Shown: positions 16,052 to 28,987, numbered from the whole stretch's first letter. The stretch: 63,058 nucleotides of DNA, filler included, from Cercozoa sp. M6MM (GCA_040357565.1; 9 parts of 9 records of this genome joined end to end with filler, not necessarily neighbours in it); one strand, 5' to 3'. Numbers and translations: made by a program. The notes: a model not told the origin generated them from the letters alone.

Positions 16052-18357
16052 TTACTCGGTCTGACGCGCGTTTTGTCGCTTTCCAAGCAGTGCACAGGCG
16101 GCCTGCAAGCAGGAGGGTTAGAGACAAGGGTAGATAGATAATATTGGAGAAGTGGGATACCTTGGAGACAGGCGGTCGCTCAAGCACGCGACTGATAAAG
16201 TCGGACGCGTCCAGCAGCTTGTGCATGTCGATGCCGGTGTCGACGCCCATGCCATGCAGCATGTAGACGACGTCCTCGGTGGCCACGTTGCCACTGGCAC
16301 CTGTGTACATGTGTGTCGTATCCAGGGACAGTAGAGTATGCTAGGTAGGGTAGGGTAGGGCAGGTTAGGGGTAAGTAGAGACCCTGCGCGTAGGGACAGC
16401 CGCCGAGACCCGCCACGGCCGAATCGACACAACGAACGCCTTCAGCGAGGGGTATAGGTATGGGGGTATAGGATATGGGGTATGGGTATGGGTATGGGGG
16501 TAGGGTATGGGAATATAGGGGCAGAGGGCAACGCACCCATGTCGAGAGCGACGAGGATGTTAGCGAGTGCCTGGCCGTAGGTGTCGTGGAAGTGCACGGC
16601 CACCTGCGAGTCCAGCGCAATGTCGGCAGCCTGCACCGCCTCCAGCACACGTCGCGTCAGTGCCGGGTTGCCCGTGCCTTTAAACATATACAGTTGTACA
16701 TTGTTACAGGTACAACACAGGTACAGTTGTAAACAGGTACAGTTGTGACACAGGTACAGTTGTGTACACAGGTACAGTTGTGTACACAGGTACAGTTGTA
16801 GACACAGGTCCGGTGGTACCGATGGTGTCGCCCAGTGAGACCTCGTAGCAGCCCATGTCAATGAGTCGTCGCGCCACCTCGGCCACCTTGGCCGGCTCCA
16901 CCTGGCCTGTACAAAACGGACCAGCTATTCGGTACACAGGGACACAGGTAAAAACCGACCCTGGTAGGGACAGCCCATGACGCAACTGACGTAGCCACGC
17001 ACGCGCACCTGGTCTGTCTTGGCCTGCTGCATCACGACCTCGAAACGCGCCTGTGAGAAGAGAACACGGTGAGAAAGAAGAGAACACGGCGAGAAAGAAG
17101 ATAAGAAGGAAAGAGAAAGAAGAGAAGAAGGAAAGAGAAAGAAGAGAAGAAGGAAAGAGAAAGAAAGCAAAAGTATGAAAGAAAGAAAGAGTGAGAAAGA
17201 AAGAAAGAGTATGAAAGAAAGAAATAGTATCAAAGAAAGACAGAGAATGAAAGAAATAAAGAGTATGAAAGAAAGAGTATGGAAGAAAGAAAGAGTATGA
17301 AAGAAAGAAAGAGTATGAAAGAAAGAAAGAGTATGAAAGAAAGAAAGAGTATGAAAGAAAGAAAGAGAATGAAAGAAAGAAAGAGAATGAAAGAAAGAAA
17401 GAGAATGAAAGAAAGAAAATGAAAGAAAGAAAATGAAAGAAATAAAATGAAAGAAATAAAATGAAAGAAAGAGAATGAAAGAAAGAAGATGAAAGAAAGA
17501 AAATGAAATGAAAGAAAGAAATGAGAAAAGTTATCGAACCAGCGACTCCTCGACCGAGCAGTTGATGTTCTGTAACAAATACACACACAAACCGTCCGTT
17601 CAAACAAACGAAAGCTACATCAACAACTCAAAGAAACCTTCTGCGAAAAAGCTTCGCTCGCTGCACCAAAAACTGCGACCTCACGCGCACCTACAAACAG
17701 TAGTACCACCTAGCAAGACTCCTAACCCAATCAACCAATGAAACAACGCTCGCACCTGCCTGCAACGCCATGTCGTAGCCCTTGCGGTTCGGCGTAAGCA
17801 CCGGAAAGTCCACCTCTTTCGCATATGAAAAATTACAAAAAAAAGACAGACTAATACGAAAAATACGAGGAAAACGCGACTGCTGCAGCTGTGAAACAGC
17901 GCTCATCACCTCCGATGCATCCTTCATCTGCAGTTTTTCCTCGAGTGATTGCTTCAGCACTAGCAGCCTTCAGAAATACAAAGCAATAACGGCTACCTGA
18001 GGCACCCATTTGGGCGACACAAAACTCGTGCTCTCCACTGCTGGCAAACCGGCCTGCAAGCAAACGGATATCAAAACTCACAAAGCAGTAATGTTTCTGT
18101 CCAGAGCTCAGCTCACCTCGGCCAGCAGCTCGATCAGCTGGATTTTGTCTTCAGTCGAAACCAATGATTTCTCGTTCTGCAAACCATCTCGTGGCCCGAC
18201 TTCGACGATGCGCACGAACGTGCCTGGCTGCACGCCCAGGCCCAGGCAGCGCTGAAAGCCCGGAACACCGTATTTCCCACCCCAGAAATGCAACAAATGA
18301 AAATCATGCACGAACCTGCATCTGGCGCGCACTACGCAGACTAGTAGATCTTAGCAT
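16052..18357 (-). CDS. HMGCL: Hydroxymethylglutaryl-CoA lyase, probably mitochondrial
   Basis: [78 protein letters not shown]; Arg/Ser-rich N-terminus. Confidence 0.95.
17051..17539 (-). repeat. Intron filled by a GAAA-rich minisatellite (unit about AAAGAAAGAAAGAGTATG on +)
   Basis: Lies between HMGCL exons ...EESL and ARFEVV; seen directly. Confidence 0.9.
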
Positions 18358-18738
18358 TCCCCAGCACCCAATGAAGAGTGTGTGTTCTGAAACAAGCAGA
18401 AAGACGATTGCCGCCCGTTTTGTACGAAAGATGAAGAAAATGATTGTTTATAAAAAGGCGCCACAGGCAGCACGCGGTGAATTAGGGGTGTCTAGGCGGT
18501 GTGCGACAGTATCTAGACCAGTTCAGGCGGATTAAGAGGCGATATGGTGAGTTGTGGCACTTTGTGGTGTCAATGAAGGGGAAGTCACGTGCCCACCTGT
18601 GTGCGAGTGAGTTGCGCATGCGGTCTGTGTGCAGTCGGACCTGGACGACTTCGAAGGACAGGCGGGCGAGCCGCTGATCGACCCGGAGTTCGACGATGAC
18701 GGCGCTCTGTCAGGCGTGGATTCCAACGGTATCACTCT

Positions 18739-18838
18739 NNNNNNNNNNNNNNNNNNNNNNNNNNNNNNNNNNNNNNNNNNNNTTAATTAATTAANNNNNN
18801 NNNNNNNNNNNNNNNNNNNNNNNNNNNNNNNNNNNNNN
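18739..18838. other. Artificial 100-nt spacer N44-TTAATTAATTAA-N44; also at 24286-24385, 42152-42251, 44949-45048, 48079-48178, 53576-53675, 57016-57115, 60531-60630
   Basis: Same structure eight times; the 12-mer places stops in all six frames; genes are cut off at these points. Confidence 0.95.
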
Positions 18839-19876
18839 CTGGCGGCGCAGCTGAAGCGACGGAAGCTGCAGATTGATCAGTTGCAGTCGCGCGTGTCGAC
18901 ACATCAGCAGGAGCTTCGCAAGCTGCGCATTCAGATGCAGAAGGTCAGTTGCTGTGCTTTTGCTTTGAGTGACTTGGGTTGACTTGAGTTAAGTTGACTT
19001 GACTTAAGTTGACTTGAGTTGAGTTGACTTGACTTGACTTGACTTGACTTGACTTGACTTGACTTGAGTTGACTTGACTTGAGTTGACTTGAATTGAGCT
19101 GAGTTGAGTTGAGTTGAGTTGAGTTGAGTTGAGTAGGCGCAAGAAGAAGCATTGCGCGAGCGAAGCGATCTGGTGCAGAAACTGATGACGGCGCAGGAAC
19201 AGCTGACGTCGCAGCGACGACTCGTGCGAGAGCTGCGGCAGCAGCAGCAGCGATCGCGATCGGTAAAGAGCTTTGTTTTGAAGGCTGCAATAGCTTTGTT
19301 TCGAAATTTCTGCTTCGAAAGCTGTGCGAAAGCTTTGTTTCGAAATTAGTTGCTTACTCGAATGAAACACAGCAAAGCAAGTCGGAGCAGCTGAAGAAAC
19401 CGGAGAAAGCCGCAGAGTCGCCAAAGACGAAGAAAATGACGCCGATGGAATGGACGCGCTACTTTTACGAAACCTTCGAAGTGGGCGAGCAGGAGGACGC
19501 GTGGGAACTGTTGCAGAGCGGCGCCACGCGGATGTTGGACGACGAGATCGATCTCGAGTCTGACGGTGAGCAGGAGCAGGAGCAGGAAGGTGACACGACG
19601 AGAGAGTGGAACAGCGACGACAAGGAGAACGTGTCCACGCCCACCGTCGACACGGACGAAAGCGCGTGCGAAGAACGCTTCTCTGTGCATAGTCTCGCCA
19701 CCTACAAGTGCGTTTGTGCCCCCCCCCTGCTGGTCTGTTTGTACACCCTTTGTCTGTGCAGACCAGAGAAGGGCAGCAATGGACACATGCGCAGCGACAC
19801 CATGTCGAGCACGGCGTCGTCGTCGGAGAGCTCCATGATCCGCATCGTGCCGCCCAAGGTGCAGTCCGCCAACTGA
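18839..19876 (+). CDS. Hypothetical coiled-coil/acidic protein, 5'-truncated
   Basis: Exons LKRRKLQIDQLQSRV..., LRERSDLVQKL..., MTPMEWTRYFYETF...; TGA at 19874-19876. Confidence 0.55.
18968..19133 (+). repeat. (GAGTT/GACTT)n intronic pentanucleotide repeat
   Basis: Seen directly; same unit at about 22830-22942. Confidence 0.95.
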
Positions 19877-19974
19877 CGTGAACATGCGTGACGTGAACTA
19901 AACAATTGCAAGATACACCTGCCTTACTAAAGTAACTAACCCAAACACGGCCGGGCATGAGTCGCCTTGCATCG

Positions 19975-20050
19975 TGTTACGTCTGACTCAGATTATGCAG
20001 TCTCCGCGGGGATGAACCCAGACAGACCACACTGACAACCGTCAGTAACA
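19975..20050. mobile_element. 76-bp miniature TGTTAC...GTAACA element with 4-bp TSD (ATCG)
   Basis: ATCG at 19971-19974 and 20051-20054; left 55 nt match 58094-58149; right 21 nt identical to 58764-58784. Confidence 0.85.
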
Positions 20051-20119
20051 ATCGTCTGTTGCAGTTGGAGAATCCTCCGTCCCTCTAACACGTTGAACTG
20101 AACGAAACGTGCACATCAG

Positions 20120-21669
20120 CTAGTCAGTCTGAGTTGAAGGCGCGCCGGTGGGCGGCGACATCGGTGAGGTCGTCTCACGCGACAAGGCTCGCGGCATGAA
20201 GTCGCTCAGGAAGGCGCCAAACCGTTCCTCCTTCGCCGTGATGTCCTCTGACAATCATCGCAAGCGAATCAACAAAAAAACAAACAAAAGGACTGTTGTA
20301 CTTTCGCGTAACTCGAGATCGCTCGTGCTGCGTTGCAACTCGTCTCGCCACTGCTGCAGCAGCTTTTCTTTCTGTTGCTGCACAAGAAAACGTTCTTGAT
20401 CTCTCGCTTGTACAAATTGCAAGAGAGAAAGAGAGTCAGAGTACGAGTTTTCGCTCGCGTTCGGCGAGATCGTTCTCGCGTTGAGCGTGCATTTCGCTAT
20501 TGTCATTGACTGCCGCGTTATGCTGCTGCTGTTGCGACTGGTGGTTGGGTGCGACGTCGCTTTGACTGTGGTTAATTTCAGCTCGCATCTGGTCGAGTTG
20601 GTAGACGGCAGCAGCGACTTCGTGCGCCTGCTGCTGCAGTTGTTTCGATCGTTCCTCCTGAGGCAGATCACTTTGCTTTCTGTGTGCAAAAACATCACGG
20701 TGAAAGACCCACCTGTGCACGTTGCTCCTCCATGAGCGAGGTGTGGAAACGCTGGAGTTCCAATGCTCGTGCTTTCTGCCGCTTTTGTGTTTCCAACGCT
20801 GCTTGCTCCAGCGCCTCGATCTGCTCGACTCGCTTCTCGAGCATTGCTCGCGTCTGCGCGACTTTCGCCTTCTCGTGCTCGATGTCGGCGGCGCGTTTTT
20901 CGAGTGCTTCTTCGCGTAGTCGAATCTCTTCGGCCTCCTTTCGAACCAGGGCACTTTTCTGTCTCCTGACAAAAGAAGGCGGGTAGAAGGAGACAGAAAA
21001 ACAGCAAGAATGATGGTACAGTGTGCGCTGCCAGTGCAGCAGTTTGTGTCGCCAGTCGGCGCTGCTGTCGCGCTCGGCGAGGAAGGAAGTGGCGCCGCTG
21101 GCACCAGCCTGTTCGAAGCTTGTTGGCTGGAAGTTTATCGGTTCAAAAGTAGTCGACTCGAAGCCCGCTCGTTCCGCGTGACGACTCTCGGCGCGACGAG
21201 ACGCAGCAGGCAGTGTTATCGAGGCGAACTCCCTCGCGCCCAGGTCATCACCTCGCGCCCGCGACCGGCGCGCAGGCCGCGACAGGTCATACTCGCGGTG
21301 TCGCTCGAGATCAGTGGCATAGGAACGCGACTGGCGCTGTGAAAACGAATGCTCGTCGTCCAACACGCCCAATCGCCGCCGACTGCTCGCTCTGTCGACA
21401 GTCCAGTCGTCCCAGGCATTAAAGCGCGAACGAGACGTGTCTGCGATCGAGTCAAAGTGCCCGAATCGCTCAAAGTTCTCCAATCGCTCGATTTGATCGG
21501 AGTGCTGGTGCTCCGCCGAGTCACCACTCAGATCGAGACTGCCTGCGACGGCTACAAGCAGCACACCTGAAAGGTCATGCCGGGCGAAACAAACATGATG
21601 CAACCTACAGTGGTGGGCGAAGCTGCGCTGGCGGTTCAAGCGGAGAATCTTCGTCGGTGGTGTCGACAT
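20120..21669 (-). CDS. Hypothetical coiled-coil protein
   Basis: MSTPPTKILRLN start; E/R/Q-rich heptads across several exons; TAG at 20120-20122. Confidence 0.6.
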
Positions 21670-22131
21670 TATCGAGGCCCGTGTAGCGGTGCCTTCGAAC
21701 TCGGAACCACCAAGCATGCGCGAATAATAATTGTTGCGATCTTTACACGATCGCGTTGCGTCTCGTGCACAGACCAAAGCGGCCCAACGCTAACCCTTAC
21801 ACGTAAATATGAGCTAGAGCTTCGCGGCGCCAGGCACAGCGCCCTGTGGACCCCAAAGCCAACGCGATTTTTCTTAATAAACTGAACATTTGGACTGAGA
21901 TTAGACAATTAAGGAAACACGCAACACAAGTAGCTGGCGCTGGTTGTCTCTGTCGTACCCAGTGGAACAACTATTGAGCAACAAGTGGACACGCGACGCC
22001 GCGAGCCGTTCTGCCAAGGAATTTGGCTTCGTGGGCAGTCTCTTGTTCGTGAGAATTGGGCGCCGTGTCTTCTCCCAGCGCGTCTCCTGAGTACCTAGGT
22101 GCGCTTGACATACTAATATCTGGTACTAGGG

Positions 22132-24253
22132 ATGGTCGCTCTGCCTTGGCACCGATGTATTTTCGAGCACGCTCATTTTTGATTTTGTGCGCTCGATGGC
22201 GTCAGGTTTCATGTGTTATTGCCCGTTGGGCTGTTAAGATGCGCGATCGCGCTGTTTGAGTATTTTTGGTGACGTTTGGATTTATTTTTTGTTTTTCCGC
22301 AGCCTGGCGGGGATGCACCCGAATTTCGACTCGCTGTTGCTGTTGGCCGATACGGAGCGCGTGCCGGCGGTTCTCGTTGTGGTGCGCGCACTCGCGCAGG
22401 TACAGGCGAGCGAGCTACCGGCGCATGTGCTGCGTCTGACGGCGGCGGTGCAGGTGCAGGAAGTCGATGCGCCGCGTGCTTTGAGCGAACTCAACGAAGC
22501 AGGCGAAGCAGGTGAAACTTCGAGCGATACGGCTGGTCGTACCCTTGTGCTTCCGCCCGGAAGACTGGTGATGCAGATGCAGCACGCAAGCTTAGCGCTG
22601 AGTGAGCAGGTGCGCGACTGGCGCTGCCGTCAGTGCCATAACGCGAATCATCGCTTTCGCTTCGCGTGCGAGCATTGCGACGCGGCGCGTGTGCCGGAGC
22701 AGTCGTCGAACCGTCCAGTGTCGGCCTCGCAGCTCAACGTGTCCGAACAGCGTCCACAGCCTCTTTTTGAACTGTTACTGGATATGAACGAGGACGACGA
22801 ATCCGAAGGTAGCAATAGCTTTGCTTTAAGTTGAGTTGAGTCGCTTTGCTTTGAGTTGAGTTGAGTTGAGTTGAGTTGAGTTGAGTTGAGTTGAGTTGAG
22901 TTGAGTTGAGTTGAGTTGAGTTGAGTTGGGTTGGGTTGAGTTGGAATGTGCGAGCAGACGACGAGGAGCCGGCGCAGAAGTCGCGTCGCACCGTGGCAGC
23001 GTCGTCGCCGCATGCCGGCGCAGTGTCGAGCAAGAGCAGCTCGAGCAAGCGGCGGCAGGGCCGGCGACGCAAGCGACGCGACGCCGAGAGCGAGGAGTTC
23101 GAGGACTCGGAGGAAGAAGAAGCCGCCGCTGGGCACGAGGCGGCGCTGGCTGCGGTAGCTCCGTCTTATCCTCCGTCTTCTTGCCCTCTTACCCCCCCCC
23201 CCCCCCCCCACAGGAAGTGAGCAACACGGAGGCAGCGGTCACAGAGTTGCTTCCGCAGCGACAGAGCGCTCGTCTGCGGCAAAAGCAGTCGAACCTGGCG
23301 TACCTGCACGACGAGGACGATGAGGAGACTGGAGTGCCTGGTATGCCTGCAGGTACGGCCACCGATATGCCCGTACCGACGGGTGTACCACCAGTGTCAC
23401 TGGCACCGCCGCCAGGCACATCGCTGCCACTGCCGCCTGGCATGCCGTCGCTGCCCTGGAGCAGTGCCGAGGCTACTTCAGTCAGTGGTGTTGCTGCCAG
23501 TAGTGTTGCTGCTGATGCTGCTGCGGCTGCTGCCAGTGTTGCCGCACTGTCGGGCAACGCGGCCAAGAAGTACACGGAGGCCGAGAACGAGCAGCTGCGC
23601 GCACTGGCCGAACGCTTCGACGGACGCGACTGGACGCCGCTCGAACACGAGATTCACGAACTGGTACTCGGCTGCGTTTTAACCCCCCCCCCCCCCCCCC
23701 TTATTCCCCTCCCACAGGGTGCTGCGATGAAGCGCACGACAGGTGCCATTAAGAGCAAGGTGCGCCACTTCTACAAGCAGCAACACAGCGACGAGGCGCC
23801 TCTGCCGCCGCCTGCTCCGATGGTAGGGATGCTTACCCCCCTCTACCCTGCACTTGGGGGGGGGCCCGGCCTGCAGACCAGCTACTATGACTACGATGAG
23901 GAGAACGACACCGAGTCGATGGACGACGAGGACGACGGCCGCGACACTCGGCGGCGCCGGCGGCACGCATCGAGGGTAGTCTTAACCCCACCCCCACCCT
24001 TGCCCTTACCCTCCGGTGAGACAGGGCATGACGATGAGTATGATGACGGACGAACTGGGCGCTCTGTCGGACAGCGAAGTTTCGCACCCTGCCCACGGAC
24101 ACATGGGCGTTGTGCAGACCCTGGTAGGCTCCCTTCACATCCTTTCTTGTCCCTTACCCCCCCCCCCAGGTAAGCAAGAGCAAGCGATTCACGGAGGACG
24201 AAAAAGCGCGTCTCTCGCGCGTTTTTGTCGAAGAACGCTACTTTCCTTCCAAG
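22132..24253 (+). CDS. RanBP2-type zinc finger plus Myb/SANT-like repeat protein, 3'-truncated
   Basis: WRCRQCHNANHRFRFACEHC; KKYTEAENEQLRALAERFDGRDW; second KRFTEDEKARL. Start uncertain. Confidence 0.65.
22830..22942 (+). repeat. (GAGTT)n intronic repeat
   Basis: Seen directly. Confidence 0.95.
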
Positions 24254-24385
24254 GTACTGTCTTTGTGTGTGTTTACCCCCCCCCCNNNNNNNNNNNNNNN
24301 NNNNNNNNNNNNNNNNNNNNNNNNNNNNNTTAATTAATTAANNNNNNNNNNNNNNNNNNNNNNNNNNNNNNNNNNNNNNNNNNNN

Positions 24386-24434
<49 letters not shown>

Positions 24435-24474
24435 ATGGAAGTCTGTTGTAGCTTCGCTGGGCTCTCCGTTACCA

Positions 24475-25116
24475 GTGCTGCGAAGCTTGCTGCTGAGATC
24501 TGCATCTTCCGGCAGCGTATGCAACAGTTCGGGTTGCTGCGTTCAGCACGGACGCATGACGAAGACCAACCGCACTCTTGTTACGATTGGTGAGAAGCAC
24601 GTCAGTTGCCGCGACATCTCCGACAGCCAGGGTGGCTTTACTTGTTGCCTCACCACGAGCGTCGACAAGATCATCAGACTTCATTTCATCTTCAAGGTAC
24701 TCAGTGCTGCCTCTTTCAATTTTATTTTGTTTTATTTTTTTTATTTGTCTGAATTTTTCTTTATGGACTGACCAGTCGGCTATTGGAAGCAACGCAACGT
24801 TCCTTGAAAGGCTGCGGACGTCAGACTTCCCCTCGAAGACGGGCGTCAGCACGACATTCGATGCGCAACCCAGCGCTTGGATGGATCGCACAAGGATGCA
24901 GAACTACTTGCGGTTGACGTTTGGTGGCTTCCGCAAGCCAGCAAGGTGGCAACTTCTCCTTGACAACTTCAGTGGGCATGGCTTGCAGAACAACGCTATG
25001 CGTGTGATGGCGAACGGGCTCAACTGCGACTGCGTTCGCTGGTCGAGAACTCCACCCACGCCACTCAGCCATGTGATCAACTCTTCGCTGCCTTCAAACG
25101 ACTGGTGCTTCCATAT

Positions 25117-25164
<48 letters not shown>

Positions 25165-25174
25165 NNNNNNNNNN

Positions 25175-25224
<50 letters not shown>

Positions 25225-26150
25225 CGCGTGTGCAGGTTCGGAAGCGTCTGCAACCTGTGATGTGGCGAAACGCAAGCCGGAAGACAGCCAACGGCAAGAT
25301 CGACAGGCCGACACGCGCCGAGTTTGCACGGGTACACATACACATACACACACACACATACACACACACACATACACACACACACACACACATACACACA
25401 CACTATACTGCTCCCAGGCTGCGATTGCGGCTGCGGATGAGCTGAACACGGTGATCAAGAAGTATGAAGGTTTGACGCTGCCTCAAGCGGCGTGGGCAAT
25501 ATGCGGGCTCGGTCCGCGCTCGGAATCGACTGAGATGGACAACGACGATGAGGCACAAGGAGCGGCATTCCCAGTTTGCAGCAACCTCCAGAAGATCTTG
25601 GACGTCGAGTTGTCGCAGGAGCAGCTGGAGGCCGTCAGGAAGAAGAACAAGCCAAGCCTTCGGTTCGAAATTACGCAGCGGCAGCGGGAGCTCGTTGCGA
25701 TCGCTGGCGAAGGTGCCCGTGAAACGACGCAAAACGACTACCGGGCGCTTCCTCAAGAACGGCGATCATTCAGTATGTTATGTTTGTGGTGCAGTGTGGT
25801 GTGCGTGTCCGCGAGTGCGCGAGTGTTTCTGGGTATGTTCATTGTTGCCGTAGGAAGAGATCGAAACCGACGAGGAGGATGAGTGTGAGATGTCGACTGA
25901 CGATGACGACTGCAGCTTGGAAAGTGATCAAGTATGCTTCGACACAGAAGACCCTGCCAGCGAGTTCGAACAAGGTGACGCACAGCCGACTCGGTTCAGC
26001 CGACGTCTCCAGGCACAGCTACGCGCAGTGGCCGCTGACCAGCAGAAAGATTCAGCAATGCCGCTCTCCACTTGGGAGAGAGCTCCGATGTCGAGGATGA
26101 CTGGCCGGAGGAGCTGCAGGCTGCGCAGACACAGACACAGTCAATTGGTG
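24475..26150 (+). pseudogene. pogo/Tc5-family DDE_1 transposase, intron-containing, frameshifted
   Basis: TLVTIGEKHV, FTCCLTT..LHFIFK, QPSAWMD, LLLDNFSGH; after a frameshift near 25035, NSTHATQPCDQLFAAFK; then TANGKIDRPT and AWAICGL. Introns 24697-24775, 25105-25235, 25332-25417. Confidence 0.85.
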
Positions 26151-26344
26151 AGTAGTTGTTCCGAAGTTCGTTCAAGTCCCTCATCACGAGTCACATATTG
26201 TACTATAGTATGTCTATCTTCAAGGCTTTCCGCCCAGGAATTTCCATCATGGCATGACACTGTGACACAGCATCACCTCTTCGAGTTGCCAAAGAGCCAA
26301 TATGGCATGTGTATCATAGATTGTCATTGTCCGGTGTGTCGCAG

Positions 26345-26570
<226 letters not shown>

Positions 26571-27179
26571 GTCACACACGCACACACACCCGAACATCAG
26601 TCAGACCAACGCCTGTCCAGCTTCTTACGTACTTAGTTGGTCGTTACCTTAGTTCAGCACTGGTCTGAATCCGTGCGTTAACTCGTAAGCGCTTGCCGAA
26701 GAATTGTGTCGTAATTTATTAAAGAGCAGATGCAATTTATTAAAGAAAGTCGTTCTAATTGTCCAAGAAATATGTCCAAAAAGACCGGCTGCGAGTCCTG
26801 TAATTGTCCACGATCCTTGAAATGGCTTATTGTCTGGACATATTTGAGGCGCTTTCCTTGTAATGTCCTAGCCAGCTCCAACGTTCCCCTAAACTGTATT
26901 GAAATGTACCACCGCACGCTGCAGGTAGACGTTCGGCAGCCGGAGGCAGCAATACAGAATTATATTTATAATTTTGGCGCGTGACAGCGCTCCGGCCCTC
27001 TGATAAGTGCCGCCGTACAGAGCAATATCGTCAACCCGAGCGCGTGTACAAGTTGCAATCGGTGTTCTAGTACCTTGCGATCGGCTGAGCGTCAGATCGG
27101 CAGGCCATCTCGTTGTTTGTTGTTCTGTCACTTTTTCGGCCGGTGTGATCGGCATCATCCAGTGAGAACAAAATCGCAT

Positions 27180-28435
27180 ATGCTCGAGGCGGAAGGCCAG
27201 GAGCTCGTTAGTCCGGAGGCTGTGCGTCGTCTTGTGAACGAAAATGCCGCGGCGTGCGATCCGACAATGACAGCGACGCCATTCTATGTACTACTATTTT
27301 GCAGTTCTGACTGATTGACGCGCTGTGAGCTGGCTCGGTTGTAGGGCGCGTGTTTCGCCGAAGATGCGCGAAGCGGTCTGCGCGAACATTTGGAGAAACT
27401 GCAGACGCCGACAGAGAAAGTGCGCATGATGCGCGAGATGCACTGGGTAGGGTTTTGTTTTTGAGCTCGGTCTTGGGGTGTAGTTTTGGTGCAACATTGG
27501 GACAGGGCAAGGTCTTGGCCAAGAAGAAGCGTCCGACTACAGTTTTTGTGAAGCGATCGGAGGCGCAGCTGCGAGAGCGCTTGGCGGCAGACCCTGTGTT
27601 CCTGCGCGAGTGTCAGCTGCTGCGCGACAAGGCGTCGCGTGATGTTGCCTTCGTGCACAAGAAGTTTCTCGAGAAACAGCAGGTCAACGAGCGTCTGCAC
27701 GAGCAGGTGTGCCGGCTTTCAGCTTTTCCACCTCTCCCACCCCTTTACTTGTGCTATACCCGTTCTGTATTCGTCCTGTACCCGTCCTATACCCCCTCCC
27801 ATACAGCTGGTGAAACGCATCCGCGACGAGCACAACGCCGCGCTGGTGCAGCTCAAGAACGAGCAGAAGCAGTACCGCGACAGTGGCTCGGCCGTGCGCG
27901 GGTCGCCGCCGCCGCCCTCGCAGCCACGTCGTCGCACGCGGCGGTACTTTGTCGTTTTACCCCCCCCCCTCCCTCCTCCATTTACACCCAAGTATACCTC
28001 GTCGGAATGCAGTGACAACAGCTTCCATCACATCAGTCGACGTCGTGGTCGCAATCTGGTACTTGCCCTATTACTCGCGTATCCCTTGCCCTTTATTACC
28101 CTTCTTTATCCTTGTTATCTGTTACTACTCTGGTACAGTTGCCCGACGGTCAGGTGCGCAGCGACATGGCGAAACTGCGCGCCAAGATTCGCGAATTCGA
28201 CGACATTCGCAGGTTTACCCCCCCCCCCCCTTATCCCGCACTACGCCCTCTGTGTACCCCTGAATGTGCGATCAGAGGAGTACTGCCGTTGTCGACAGCG
28301 ACCACAGTGTCCGTAGGCAAGAGCAAGCACAGCAAGAGCGGCAGCAGCAGCAGCAGTGGCTCCTCGCTGCCGGCCCATCCGAGTGTCTCTCGCAACCACA
28401 ACAACAACAACAGCCTGTCCAACCAAACCACCTCC

Positions 28436-28477
<42 letters not shown>

Positions 28478-28956
28478 AACAACAACAATAACAACAACAG
28501 CAGCAGCAGCAGCAGTACCGGTAGCAACAGTGGCAGTAAAAACGGCGCCACATCGGGCGAAAAACGCGCGCGAAACGCTGAGGCCAAAGGCGAACCTGCC
28601 AAGAAACGCGCACGCAAGGTGCAGCCGCCTCCCAAGCCGGTATACCTTTGCCCCTCTCCCACCTACCCTACCCCCTATCCCCTCTGTTGGGTAGACGGCA
28701 ATACAGAAGCAGCGCGCGCAGGCGCAAGCGCAGTTGCGGCACAACATGAGTGTGCACCAGCAGATGCAGCAGCAGTTCATGTACCTCCATCTGCGTCAAG
28801 CATGCCGCCCTACCTGGCACCCATTGATGCTGTCTGTGTGCAAGCAGGATGCAGCAGCAGCACAAGCAGCAGCAGATGCAGAACGCTCAACGACAACGCA
28901 TGGCGCAGCTGCACTACCAGTACTCCTCTCTGCATCTGCATGTACATGATATACAT

Positions 28957-28987
<31 letters not shown>

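Noticed and set aside
18783-18794. TTAATTAATTAA as a biological motif or repeat array
   Set aside because: Always centred in 100-nt N spacers; an artificial linker.
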